64,000 nucleotides of DNA from Candidatus Thorarchaeota archaeon (GTDB lineage: Archaea > Asgardarchaeota > Thorarchaeia > Thorarchaeales > Thorarchaeaceae). Every line of letters starts with the position of its first letter. The stretch's first letter is position 1. Location: positions 1 through 64,000 of the forward strand of contig JBHLQH010000002.1 of NCBI GenBank assembly GCA_048884965.1, in the 5' to 3' direction. The notes under the pieces were generated by a model that did not search any database, had not been told where the DNA came from, and saw nothing but the letters and a program-made list of their open reading frames with translations. Below are positions 20,861-30,801 of the stretch, piece after piece. Position numbers and translations under genes: made by a program.

Positions 20861-21778
20861 TCAGAGTTGCTCATGGAAATCTTCAGAGATTGGATGAACT
20901 CTCTTCTTAGCTAGGAATTCCGCATCTACTCTGTGGAACCCCTCCGAGTAAAGATGATCAAGGATTTCCTCGTGCTTGTCCTGTACCCAGAGAACTGCAC
21001 GTCGTGAGGAAACCTCATTCAGTGCGGCATTGACGACATCCTTTCCATACCCATCTCGATAACTGAAAGAGATTACCGTTGAGTCTGAGTAATCATGATC
21101 GAACTCAAACCTGAAGAATCCAACAAGCATATTCGTTTGGCTATCTGCCAATACATAGCAATTGCCGCCCCGAATAGCATACTCTAACGTTCGATGGTCC
21201 CTTTGGTCCCAGTAGTTGTCAGGATTGAGATGCAGTAACATTGGAATGTGTTCCAGGCGTGGAATTTTGACTTCAAGCTGGGAATCAAAGCTTCGATCAG
21301 CCATATCTCCCTCTAGCTTCAAGATGAGTGACTGCACACCATATCCCATTCGTTCAATGAAAGGCAATGCACGAATATTCGATGCCTTGACACCTATTGC
21401 GAAGTGGGTCAGGCTTTGGTTTCTTAGTAGAAGTGCACGTTCTGATTCAGATACTAGCTTCGACCCAATACCTTGACTCCGCCAATTCGGAGCTACTGCT
21501 AGTTCCCAAATGGCCCCCCAGCCAAGACTTCCCAGAATGAGATTTATTGCGACTCCAACAATCTGGTTGTCCACCGTGGCAACTCGCCATAATGAAGGGA
21601 TATCTCCAAGAATCCTACTACGATTCCACCATCGTGAGAACCCGTCAAAGGTTATACCGTCAACAAAAGGAATTCCAGTTTCATATACTTGAAAGAATGA
21701 TCCTCTTTCATCTGTGTGGGGGGGACGGACTATTGCCTCAGTCAAGATATTCACCTCAAATAGGAGTGGGGGATGCAT
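20861..21778 (-). CDS. GNAT-family N-acetyltransferase (tandem fold)
   Basis: LAVAPNWRSQGIGSKL acetyl-CoA motif A; N..A..F.ERMGY. Confidence 0.8.
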   Translation of the reverse strand: MHPPLLFEVNILTEAIVRPPHTDERGSFFQVYETGIPFVDGITFDGFSRWWNRSRILGDIPSLWRVATVDNQIVGVAINLILGSLGWGAIWELAVAPNWRSQGIGSKLVSESERALLLRNQSLTHFAIGVKASNIRALPFIERMGYGVQSLILKLEGDMADRSFDSQLEVKIPRLEHIPMLLHLNPDNYWDQRDHRTLEYAIRGGNCYVLADSQTNMLVGFFRFEFDHDYSDSTVISFSYRDGYGKDVVNAALNEVSSRRAVLWVQDKHEEILDHLYSEGFHRVDAEFLAKKRVHPISEDFHEQL

Positions 21779-21904
21779 TGAATTGCTATTTAGATTTGGA
21801 AAAGAAGCAATTCAAGTCGTAATTGCAAATACATCATACCTAGATAAGGATAGTTCCGTGTTCAAATTCGTCATCTATCAATGACTAGGCTTGAGAATCA
21901 TCTA

Positions 21905-22231
21905 TCAGGGGAAGAAGAGAAATTCGAATCCAGTGAGAAAGAAGGTGAGCAGAATAATTAACACGATGCAACAACCGCCACACCCACTAGAAGATTGTGT
22001 TGTTGATTGATCAATTGATTGAATCTCGCTTGGATACATTCGTGAAACAGATCGAATTTCACGCGAATATTCTGCGCCTCTCTCCGGTAGGGAAAAGGTA
22101 CCAAATCCAGGCAGGAATTCAAAGATACCGCCACAATGACTACATCGCACATACTGCTTTGTTGCATCATCATCGTGTGTGGATATTCCAAATTGCCCGC
22201 TGCAGTAAGGACATTCAATGCTTTCTGACAA
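21905..22231 (-). CDS. Zn-ribbon protein with Cys-rich juxtamembrane segment and C-terminal TM
   Basis: CPYC...CSHC, PGFGT, GCGGCC, then TM; paralog of 17956..18357. Confidence 0.7.
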   Translation of the reverse strand: MSESIECPYCSGQFGISTHDDDATKQYVRCSHCGGIFEFLPGFGTFSLPERGAEYSREIRSVSRMYPSEIQSIDQSTTQSSSGCGGCCIVLIILLTFFLTGFEFLFFP

Positions 22232-22336
22232 TCAACCAAGGACCTCCACAAATCGAAGAAATCGTTATTGTAGACCTGGAATACTGTGATGTTGTTAGCA
22301 GTTATACTTTATCTCCTCTGCACATTAGAGATTCTT

Positions 22337-23089
22337 TCAGGAGGAGCTTGTCTTCCTCCACGCCCGTTCAATCTTCCTTTCTCTATTGAATAGACCCATC
22401 TCCCCAAGTTTGTAGGTTGGTCTATTACTGAGAATCACGATACCTTCAAACATGAGAAGGACAATGAAGGGAATCATTCCAGTAATATCCATTGCAATAA
22501 TCATTCCAATAAGCCAATAGATGAGAGATGTGATCACAGTCCAGATTCCTCCTAGAAAGAAGAACCATTTCCTCTTAGGAGGAGATAATGATAGAAAACT
22601 TACGTAATCTATACGCAATGTAGGTTCACGAAAATCATCCCAACATACACCCATAATTCTGATTCCAAGGATACGTCCTGCTATCAAGCGTCCGAATGGA
22701 TAGAAGAATGCAATACCCATGAAAACAACAATGAACCTCAACACGAACAATATCCAATTCTCGGGGGTCCAGACAAGTATCTGAGTCCAATTGAGAGGTA
22801 ATGACAGGAGATAGACAAACGGAATAACTGAAGTCACTAGTCCAATGAGGAACATAATTCCAAGCGTTGGTTTTAGAGAGTATGTCTTCCCTCTCCTTAT
22901 TTCGAACAATTCATCGCGGATCTCTGCAGCTTTTTCGATTTCCTGAGGGTTAGGATGCGACTCTCTCTTGATTTCGCGTACTAGTCTCCAGAACTCCTTC
23001 TTGGTTTCCGTGGAAACATTCTCTCCATCAGATTTGATATTAGAATGGATTCTTTCTAGATCTTCTATCCTTTGAGACACAAAAGACAC
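22337..23089 (-). CDS. hypothetical membrane protein
   Basis: Charged N-terminal helix bundle followed by about 4 TM segments. Confidence 0.65.
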   Translation of the reverse strand: MSFVSQRIEDLERIHSNIKSDGENVSTETKKEFWRLVREIKRESHPNPQEIEKAAEIRDELFEIRRGKTYSLKPTLGIMFLIGLVTSVIPFVYLLSLPLNWTQILVWTPENWILFVLRFIVVFMGIAFFYPFGRLIAGRILGIRIMGVCWDDFREPTLRIDYVSFLSLSPPKRKWFFFLGGIWTVITSLIYWLIGMIIAMDITGMIPFIVLLMFEGIVILSNRPTYKLGEMGLFNRERKIERAWRKTSSS

Positions 23090-23151
23090 CTAATAGTGGT
23101 CCGCTATTCAAGTCAAAATGCTTTTTGGATGCTTGAACATAAGATGTCAGA

Positions 23152-24060
23152 TTAGGTAGTATGTTCTCTCAGTATCTTTGCAACCTCAGGGCGTCCATAT
23201 TGGATTGCGTAATCAAGAGCAGTCATTCCATCATCATCCTCTGTGCCATCAATTTGAATGGTGATATCAGCACCATTTGCGAGCAAGAACTTGACGACCT
23301 CAATATGCCCATTCCCAGAAGAGAACATCAAAGCAGTACCAGACACAAATGTTCTTGCATTGACCTCTGCCCCTTTCTCTACGAGATACTTCACGATGTC
23401 GAGATGACCTTCCATGCTAGCTTGCATCAATGCAGTCCAGTCAGCATGATTCTTTCCATCTATATCAGCACCATTCTCAACAAGATGCTTCACGATATCG
23501 AAATGGCCTCGTAAAGCAGCCCAGAGAATAGGGAGCATCCCTCTGTCATCGACGGTGTTGGGATCAGCACCTTTGCTCAATGCTTTTACTACTCCCTCAT
23601 AGTCACCACTCTCTGAGGAAAGTAATAGCAACTCATTTGAGTTTCCAGCCTTCTTTGGTGCAGGACGCACAATCCTGAGCCGATAATCATAGACCATCTT
23701 GTATATGATGTCGTTGCTATAAACGGACATTCCTGCAACGGTAAGAACATCGTTGAGGATACGTTCTGTGATTGGGAGATTCATATCACAGATATACTTC
23801 ACAATATCAGTATGACCACTCCGCACTGCCATATGGAGGGGGGTCATGTCAGTCCCATTCATGACTGTGATATCAGAGTCAATGCCCATCAGGAATTCCA
23901 CGATGTCCAAATGACCATTGTCACAGGCAAGGTGTAATGCAGTATTCTTGAAGAATTCATCTCTTGCTTTGATATCCGCTCCACTATCTAGAGCTTTCTT
24001 TACTATCTCAAGATCACCTTCTTCAGCCGCCTTCAGAAGGACTTTGTCAACATCACTCAT
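23152..24060 (-). CDS. ankyrin repeat protein
   Basis: Repeated TALH/TPLH/TALM..A...GH.DIV..L...GAD units (about 7-8) in two blocks. Confidence 0.93.
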   Translation of the reverse strand: MSDVDKVLLKAAEEGDLEIVKKALDSGADIKARDEFFKNTALHLACDNGHLDIVEFLMGIDSDITVMNGTDMTPLHMAVRSGHTDIVKYICDMNLPITERILNDVLTVAGMSVYSNDIIYKMVYDYRLRIVRPAPKKAGNSNELLLLSSESGDYEGVVKALSKGADPNTVDDRGMLPILWAALRGHFDIVKHLVENGADIDGKNHADWTALMQASMEGHLDIVKYLVEKGAEVNARTFVSGTALMFSSGNGHIEVVKFLLANGADITIQIDGTEDDDGMTALDYAIQYGRPEVAKILREHTT

Positions 24061-24214
24061 AGGAGTTCAACCTTCGGTGAAATGAGGAAGAAATGCATAT
24101 GATTGTTGGTTGTATATCGATTTTCTCGAAGACCTTAAGTATCCTCGAGAGAACCTCACTATAGAGATAGGTCAAGATTCGTAAAGGCGAAAAATATACT
24201 AGTATAGGTGGATC

Positions 24215-24997
24215 TTGCGTCAATGGAGAGGAATGTGGGTGAGTTTTGAGAAGTTTGTATCTAGGAATATTGAGATGATGGGATTCGCAGCAGATAGCAT
24301 ACAATTGGTTCTTCTAATAGCAGGTGTTGCTGCATTTATGGCTTTCATTGTGGGATTGGTTTTAGAGTCCCATAATGAATCACAAAAGCCAGGACTTGCT
24401 AGAAGGAAACCATTGCTTGTTCCAAGTGTGGCATTTGTAATCACTGCTCTTCTTGTGATAACGCTATTTCCGATACCTATGGCGCAGTATCATGGATTGA
24501 ATGAGAAACGGCTCTATCTATATCAAGATGAGACCATAACTTTCAGAGTATATGATGGTGAGATATATTCACATGAGATCACAATCTATGCAAGTCATTA
24601 CTTGGATGAGGGCGAAACTCTCCAGATTGACATTGAAGTCTATCTCGATGATGAAATGGAATATAGCAACTCGTTGATACTTATAGGACCTTCTGCTGGA
24701 GGAATGGTATATGGACAGGTCAGCATTGCAGTTAATCCGGATTCTTACAGGATTGATTTGGATCCTGCTGGTTTAGAAACTATATCATGCATAGTTGCAC
24801 AACCGCTTGCTGACGGGATGATGCCTGAAATTCTGGCGTGGGATTCGTACATGTTCTTGATGTTGGTTGGTTCCTTCTTCCTCCTACTTGGGGGAATTTG
24901 TGTTGGGAAAGAAGAAAGAACAAGGATACGAACAGAACCATACGATCAGGAACCGCCTAGACAAGGAGAGGTGTACACTCCCAGATTTAAACCATAG
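24215..24997 (+). CDS. hypothetical membrane protein (2 TM, beta ectodomain, TM)
   Basis: Hydrophobic segments at both termini flank an acidic beta-rich domain; true start probably near 24275. Confidence 0.6.
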   Translation: MRQWRGMWVSFEKFVSRNIEMMGFAADSIQLVLLIAGVAAFMAFIVGLVLESHNESQKPGLARRKPLLVPSVAFVITALLVITLFPIPMAQYHGLNEKRLYLYQDETITFRVYDGEIYSHEITIYASHYLDEGETLQIDIEVYLDDEMEYSNSLILIGPSAGGMVYGQVSIAVNPDSYRIDLDPAGLETISCIVAQPLADGMMPEILAWDSYMFLMLVGSFFLLLGGICVGKEERTRIRTEPYDQEPPRQGEVYTPRFKP

Positions 24998-25068
24998 TTC
25001 TAATTGTGTCGTCTGGACACATTTCGCTTCAAGAAGGTTTTTCTCTTGAAGTGAATTCTAATCAATTC

Positions 25069-25773
25069 ATGCCTCTCTCAGGTATCCGAAAAGCCACACT
25101 ACTGTTAGGAGCTATATTTCTAGGACTGATTGCTGGGTCAACGCTCATGGGAATCCCACCTGTAAATTCTCAACCTAACCTTGGGTTCCCAATACAGGAA
25201 ACCAATCGCATAACAAGAATTACAGCCTTTCATACTCCGGATTGGGGAGAACCAGGAGTATATCACAATGGTATCGACCTTGTTGTTAGTGACAATGTGA
25301 CAATCCTATCTCCAATCAGTGGTACTGTCATTGCTGTAGGTGAACAGGAGAACACCTATGCAGACAATATGCTTTTCGAGGTGTCCATCGCGGTCAATTG
25401 GTTCTGGAGTGTGAAACTCGTACTTGAGCCAGATAGTGCTGCTGATTCAATCAACAATGGTCAAAGAGAGAATATTGTTGTACAGCCCTTTTCCAAAGTG
25501 AGTAAGGGAGAAACTGTAGGGACATTGATTCTTGGAGGTAGCTATACGCACCTCCATTACATGCTGATGTACATGGGATTGGAGGTCAGCGCCTATGATT
25601 ACTCAGATGCTGCCGCTCAATCTATCTTCGAAGAGATTGCTGAAGATAGCAATAGCACGATACAATATGACTACAGTGAACCAATCATATTGACAAGTCC
25701 ACTAGGAATAGCTTTGCTGGCATATGGTAGCATTATGATCGTACTGGTGATTCTTAGCTACAAAAAGAAGTGA
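25069..25773 (+). CDS. M23-family metallopeptidase-like protein, membrane anchored
   Basis: HNGID (HxxxD), SPISGTV, VSKGETVG, HLHY (HxH); N-terminal signal/TM and C-terminal TM plus KKK. Confidence 0.75.
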   Translation: MPLSGIRKATLLLGAIFLGLIAGSTLMGIPPVNSQPNLGFPIQETNRITRITAFHTPDWGEPGVYHNGIDLVVSDNVTILSPISGTVIAVGEQENTYADNMLFEVSIAVNWFWSVKLVLEPDSAADSINNGQRENIVVQPFSKVSKGETVGTLILGGSYTHLHYMLMYMGLEVSAYDYSDAAAQSIFEEIAEDSNSTIQYDYSEPIILTSPLGIALLAYGSIMIVLVILSYKKK

Positions 25774-25794
25774 TTCAGAAGGAGTTGAAAGAAG

Positions 25795-26136
25795 ATGGTA
25801 GGACCATTAGATGAATGGTTTCACGTTACTTATGATGATGAAGCAATATACATTCATGTTCATGCACCAAAGCGAGAAGAAGTAAGGACATCACTCAGGT
25901 GGTCAGAGATCATTCGTATATGTTTCAAAGCAGGAGATTTCTTGGATCCAGATGAGATTTACATATTCGTTAGCTCAAGACCTGAAAGCTACCTTATTCC
26001 TACATGGGCAGATGGAGGATCTAAACTCTGGGAAGAGATAATCGAACGTGGCCTTTTTGATGCCGATCTTGCGATCAGGGCGGCTCTCTCATCTGAAGGC
26101 GCATTATTCTGTTGGCCAGAGATAGAACGGGAATAG
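25795..26136 (+). CDS. hypothetical protein
   Basis: 113-aa ORF with AGGAG upstream; Trp-rich beta/alpha pattern. Confidence 0.65.
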   Translation: MVGPLDEWFHVTYDDEAIYIHVHAPKREEVRTSLRWSEIIRICFKAGDFLDPDEIYIFVSSRPESYLIPTWADGGSKLWEEIIERGLFDADLAIRAALSSEGALFCWPEIERE

Positions 26137-26227
26137 AAATTGCGACAACTATATCCACTGAGCATCAAGATTCGAAACTCGTCAGGAGTGATATTCTTAT
26201 TTTGTTACGCGGTGAGTATATGCAACG

Positions 26228-26920
26228 ATGACCGAGATGTGGCTTATAGAGCAATCTGATAGGACAAGTGGATTCTCCTATGTACTCAATTCTCAAAGCT
26301 TCGATATCTCAGCCTTCTCTATGGACTTAGAGAACATGGGATACAGGTCAGTTGCAACAGTTAGCAACAGCATGTCGCGCTATCTAACGCGGGACGATTG
26401 TGCTATTAGCATGCACCTCTGCGAGTCTGATGAAGAGACCTTCGCGGGAGGAGTAATAACACCTCAATTATCGAAGCGTACGCTCATCGGAAAGGTTGCA
26501 ATAGCAACTTTGCTCATTGGAGTTTCACTAATATTCATGATGTTGGCAGTTGTGTTTATTCTTGTTGGAGGTTCTCTATTGGCCGCTTTGGGATTTCTTG
26601 AACTGGCTCAACTCATTGGAGGTATGTTCTTTCCTGCCTTAAATCTCACAATTATCATCGGAGTGCTCATAACACCATTTGTAGGAGCTATTTTCATAAT
26701 ACCAAATCCAGCAAAGAAGATGTTGGCTCAGTTCAAGAAGGACCTTAAGGAAGTGGTCAGAAATCAGATAGAGTACATTTCGATCCACGAATTCCAAATT
26801 AGACCTGAGCCAAAGGCAGCGAAACTCGATCCAGATATTTTTCGAAAGCTAGAAGTAATTCGTAATCTAGAACCTGCAGACACATACAATCGCATCTTGG
26901 ATTATATCACACAATATTGA
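26228..26920 (+). CDS. hypothetical membrane protein
   Basis: Central long hydrophobic hairpin. Confidence 0.6.
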   Translation: MTEMWLIEQSDRTSGFSYVLNSQSFDISAFSMDLENMGYRSVATVSNSMSRYLTRDDCAISMHLCESDEETFAGGVITPQLSKRTLIGKVAIATLLIGVSLIFMMLAVVFILVGGSLLAALGFLELAQLIGGMFFPALNLTIIIGVLITPFVGAIFIIPNPAKKMLAQFKKDLKEVVRNQIEYISIHEFQIRPEPKAAKLDPDIFRKLEVIRNLEPADTYNRILDYITQY

Positions 26921-26937
26921 ATCAAAAGAAATCAAAG

Positions 26938-26961
26938 GACCCTGCCTAATTCAGCAGGGTC
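26938..26961 (-). terminator. hairpin between convergent genes
   Basis: GACCCTGC/GCAGGGTC inverted repeat followed on the - strand by CTTTGATTTCTTTT. Confidence 0.6.
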
Positions 26962-26970
26962 TCTTAGATA

Positions 26971-28296
26971 CTAATCAAGCATTGAATCTAGCAATTCAAG
27001 TAGTTCAACGACTTCAAGCTTTGAGCCGACTGCGGAGAGGTCCTTACCGGTCTCTTCCTCTTCCTTCTTCAAAGCAGCTACGCCATCCTTGAAGTTCGTG
27101 ACGCAGAAGGGACAGCTTGTCATGATGACCTCAGCACCAGTGGCTGCCGCCTCTTTGAGTCGCTCCTTGGATGCGAAGAGTGCCATATCTGGGAATTGGG
27201 CCTTGACACCACCACCCGCACCACAACAGAAGCTATCACCTCGATTGCGGTACATCTCAACCATCTCAAGTCCAGGAATATTGCTTAGGACAACACGGGG
27301 CATCTCATAGTGCTCCATCTTGGCCTTCTCAGCTGCTCTGCTGTCCAAAAGCCAGTTCTTGGACTCCTTGAGAATCTTCTTCTCGATAGCAAGACCGATG
27401 TGACGGATGCTGTGACAAGGATCGTGCCACGTGACCTTCTTGTCATAGGTGCCTTTGAGAGGTAGCTTGCCTTCTCCAATCAAGTCATAGGCATATTCGA
27501 CAGCATGTCGGACTTTGAAAGGTAGCTCCTTCCCGCTGAACTCGGGATAGTCGTTCCTGAATGTCTTATAACATCCTGCACAACTAAAGAGGACCAAATC
27601 ATAGTCCTTGAACAACTCTAGATTCTTCTCCATCACTGTTTTGAATCCAGCTCGTTGTCCTGTTCGAAGGATAGGAGATCCACAGCAGACCTCTTCACTT
27701 ACGACTGTAAAGTCAACTCCGAGTTTTCTTAGAATGCTCGCGGTGTGGTCCGCAATCTGCTGTTGTCTATATGCTGCAGTGCATCCAATATAGTATGCAA
27801 TACCTGTCTTCGACTTGTCAACTTCAGATGATTCTTCACCCATCCACTTGGTCCGATCCTCTCGGGGTTCACCATATGGATTCCGCATGTTTTCGATAGC
27901 GACACGGTCACCCATTCCCTTGTGCTTGGATAATGGTTCGACTCCGGCCTCGATGATTGCGGCACGAAGTGCCTCTGTCACATGTACAGTGTCGATGTAG
28001 TTCGGACACTGGGTCTCGCACATCGCACAGGTAGTACATGCCTCTGCAACCTCAAGGAGTTCCTTGCTTGCGGGGAGCTCGCCATTTAGGAAAGCTCGTG
28101 CCATCCACTGTTTTCCGCTATTGAAGTAGCCCTCCCATCCGAAATAGAGTCCAGCGGGACAGCCTTGCAACATACCAGTATAGGTCTCATCCTCACCTTC
28201 TCGGTCAGGCTCGCCAGAATAGGCGTACTGGCATGCACGGCAGTGAATACAGCGTGCGTTGATTCTTCGCAGGTCTTCAAGACTTGTCATTGTCAA
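26971..28296 (-). CDS. HdrD/GlpC/GlcF-like Fe-S oxidoreductase (4Fe-4S dicluster plus two CCG domains)
   Basis: CIHCRAC...CP, CTTCAMCETQCP, GC, EVCCG, SCAGC, HDPCH, FCCGAGGG, SCPFC. Confidence 0.9.
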   Translation of the reverse strand: MTMTSLEDLRRINARCIHCRACQYAYSGEPDREGEDETYTGMLQGCPAGLYFGWEGYFNSGKQWMARAFLNGELPASKELLEVAEACTTCAMCETQCPNYIDTVHVTEALRAAIIEAGVEPLSKHKGMGDRVAIENMRNPYGEPREDRTKWMGEESSEVDKSKTGIAYYIGCTAAYRQQQIADHTASILRKLGVDFTVVSEEVCCGSPILRTGQRAGFKTVMEKNLELFKDYDLVLFSCAGCYKTFRNDYPEFSGKELPFKVRHAVEYAYDLIGEGKLPLKGTYDKKVTWHDPCHSIRHIGLAIEKKILKESKNWLLDSRAAEKAKMEHYEMPRVVLSNIPGLEMVEMYRNRGDSFCCGAGGGVKAQFPDMALFASKERLKEAAATGAEVIMTSCPFCVTNFKDGVAALKKEEEETGKDLSAVGSKLEVVELLELLDSMLD

Positions 28297-28361
28297 TCGT
28301 TCCTCCGTGTAATTTTTTTCGTATTTAACATTACGCTTCGTAACTCAAACTCACGCAAAGG

Positions 28362-29882
28362 TTACTCATTGAGTGGGTTCGGAAGGTCCGTGACGCTTTC
28401 CCATGGGATGGCGAGACGACCTGGGTGCAGTATCAGATTGGGGTCGAGAACCTTACGGAACTTGACCAACATTCTGTAGTATTCCTTGGTCTTGCTGAAT
28501 GTCTGAGGAGCATGAACGAATGGGTCTGGTCGATAGTTGATCCAACCCTTCTTCAGGAAGCTCTTGGTAGTTTCAAGGTTGAACTCCCTGATCTTCTCGA
28601 AGATGCCTGGCTCCGTACTGTCAAAGCAAAGGATAGGCATGACGATTGCCTGTCGTGCATGGTCGATGGATGCGACCCACATAGTTGGTGGGAATCCATA
28701 GTTCTCCATAGCAGCGCAGTACTCCTCCATCATTGGAGCAGACTCAAGCCATGGACAGTACCATGTGATGAACAGGAAGCCAGCCTGCCAGAGTGAGTAA
28801 GGAATGGCGATCTTGTTGGGCTTTTTGAGGCGAGATGCCACCTGCTTCGGATGCAATTCCTGCTGAGGTAGTGTCCTCTTCTCTCGTATCTCGTAGTCCT
28901 TGTAGATCGTGTCGATACCTTTGAGGGTCTCATCAAGCTCCTCTTTGGTGTGTGCCCAGCACTCGAAGTTCATCCATTTCTGGTCAACACCGATCTTCTT
29001 GTAGAACTCGTAGTCAACAGGGACATTCTCCTTTGGCCATCGAGTCATGACAAGCTCGTAGTTGCCGCCTTGGACCATGACGGTCCGCTCAGCTATACCC
29101 ATCTCAAGCTTGGAGATCTCCCATGTGGGCCTAACGATGTCATCCCAGGTTTCCCCACCGTATGCGACTACTGTTTTGTAGTGCGGATGAGGCACCATCT
29201 TGATGGCACACTTGGTAATGATACCCATAGAGCCCTGAGAGCCTAGGAATAGACCATCTGGGTTAGGACCGACACCCCATCGATAGAATGGCTTTGCTCC
29301 ATCAAGCGCCCATGAACCTGTACGGAAAATCTCTCCTGTCGGAAGTACAACCTCCAGACCCATAATCATGTCAGCTTGTGGACCGTAAACACCGGTCACC
29401 AGAGAGAAGCCTCTCTCGATAGCATCTCCAAGTACTGTGGCAGCAGGGGGTGCACCATCCGGGATTGGTGGAGCCCACTCGGGGTACTTGGTCTTGAAAA
29501 TTCTCCATGCGTCACCGGACTTGACACCAGGCTCTACAACCATGACACGGTTCTCGGTATCGACGGTCATCTTGTCCATGCGAGTCATGTCCATGTAGAT
29601 ACCACCAGGTTCGATTGCCGGTAGCGCGAAACCTCCACTGAGGCCTCCAGCTGCGGGAGTGACGGGACTGAGGTTCTCGTTCGCCACGATGAGGATCTTA
29701 GAGACCTCCTGCGCGTTCGCAGGCCTCACGATACACTCGGGGAGAACAGCCTCGAGACCCATGATTCCCTTAGCCATATAGCTGTGACGAAGTGGCTCGC
29801 TAGTAGTGACGTATTTCTCACCACAGATAGCTTTGAGCTTAGCGACGACCTCGTCTGTGACTTTGTTATATTGTTGGGTCAC
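28362..29882 (-). CDS. FAD-binding oxidoreductase, VAO/PCMH (GlcD-like) family
   Basis: P..IVRP, DMTRMD, VEPGV, GLEVVLPTGEIFRTG, GLFLGSQGSMGIITK, C-terminal LDPNLILHPGR. Confidence 0.88.
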   Translation of the reverse strand: MTQQYNKVTDEVVAKLKAICGEKYVTTSEPLRHSYMAKGIMGLEAVLPECIVRPANAQEVSKILIVANENLSPVTPAAGGLSGGFALPAIEPGGIYMDMTRMDKMTVDTENRVMVVEPGVKSGDAWRIFKTKYPEWAPPIPDGAPPAATVLGDAIERGFSLVTGVYGPQADMIMGLEVVLPTGEIFRTGSWALDGAKPFYRWGVGPNPDGLFLGSQGSMGIITKCAIKMVPHPHYKTVVAYGGETWDDIVRPTWEISKLEMGIAERTVMVQGGNYELVMTRWPKENVPVDYEFYKKIGVDQKWMNFECWAHTKEELDETLKGIDTIYKDYEIREKRTLPQQELHPKQVASRLKKPNKIAIPYSLWQAGFLFITWYCPWLESAPMMEEYCAAMENYGFPPTMWVASIDHARQAIVMPILCFDSTEPGIFEKIREFNLETTKSFLKKGWINYRPDPFVHAPQTFSKTKEYYRMLVKFRKVLDPNLILHPGRLAIPWESVTDLPNPLNE

Positions 29883-30023
29883 TCGATAATCCTCCGTTTT
29901 CGACCGGGGGGTCGATACGTCTATTGTCGATAGTAAGCTGACTCCTGAAACAACCTCAATAAATAGGCATCGCCTTCAAAGGATGCTATAGTTAAGATGC
30001 TAAAAGAAAAACCAAGAACTCAC

Positions 30024-30039
30024 CAATCTCAAGAGATTG
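30024..30039. promoter_or_regulatory. palindromic candidate operator in divergent intergenic region
   Basis: CAATCTC-aa-GAGATTG perfect dyad. Confidence 0.35.
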
Positions 30040-30112
30040 AGAACTATGTAATAACTCGACACTGACAAATTGTTCAACCTTAAGTGAATTCATGTCAATT
30101 CATACATGAAGT

Positions 30113-30574
30113 GTGTACCAGATGAGAAAAATGACGGCTGCTACCTTCAGTGTGTCATTTCTATGTTTCATGTTCCTACTGGATAGGATGTACATAATCA
30201 ATGGCGATTCAATTATCAAGTATCTCTTCAATTTCCTTGGAAGTCTTCAGTTCTCATTTGGCATCTCTTTTTTCCTTGATCAATCATATGAGGTCGATAG
30301 GAACCTCTTTTCGAGTGTACAAGAAGATTTGCAGATAGATGGAAAACTGAAAATCCGCAAAATGAGCTTGAGGCTTCTAAGTACTATTAAGATAGATGTT
30401 CTCCTTATTGTCTTTGCAATCATAAGTTCCATTCCAGTTCTTGTTGCTGGATATGGAATTCTTGATCCTCTTCAATCACTAACAATCATGTTTGTCCTAC
30501 TGACTATTACATTAACCGTATTCATTGCCACATCAAAGAAAGAAATAGTGAATCCAAATGGAAACAGAAAGTAG
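30113..30574 (+). CDS. hypothetical membrane protein
   Basis: About 4 hydrophobic segments; AT-rich; start uncertain. Confidence 0.45.
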   Translation: MYQMRKMTAATFSVSFLCFMFLLDRMYIINGDSIIKYLFNFLGSLQFSFGISFFLDQSYEVDRNLFSSVQEDLQIDGKLKIRKMSLRLLSTIKIDVLLIVFAIISSIPVLVAGYGILDPLQSLTIMFVLLTITLTVFIATSKKEIVNPNGNRK

Positions 30575-30720
30575 CTGGAAGGACATTGTAGCTGTAACTT
30601 GATCAGCTCAACCGAGATAATACCAATAAATACGCATAGCCTAGTTGCGTCAATGTTGCTGATTTTAGTTCAGTAATGAGTATATTGTCAAACGATTACT
30701 GAATAAAACAGTGGATTCTT

Positions 30721-30740
30721 TTGACAACCAGAGGTGTCAA
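30721..30740. promoter_or_regulatory. palindromic operator upstream of the ArsR-type regulator
   Basis: TTGACA-N8-TGTCAA about 60 nt before ATG 30802. Confidence 0.5.
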
Positions 30741-30801
30741 GAAAATTTGGTCAAAAAGTGATTTTAGCAAATATTCCATAGTAATTACTGGTGATTAGAC
30801 A

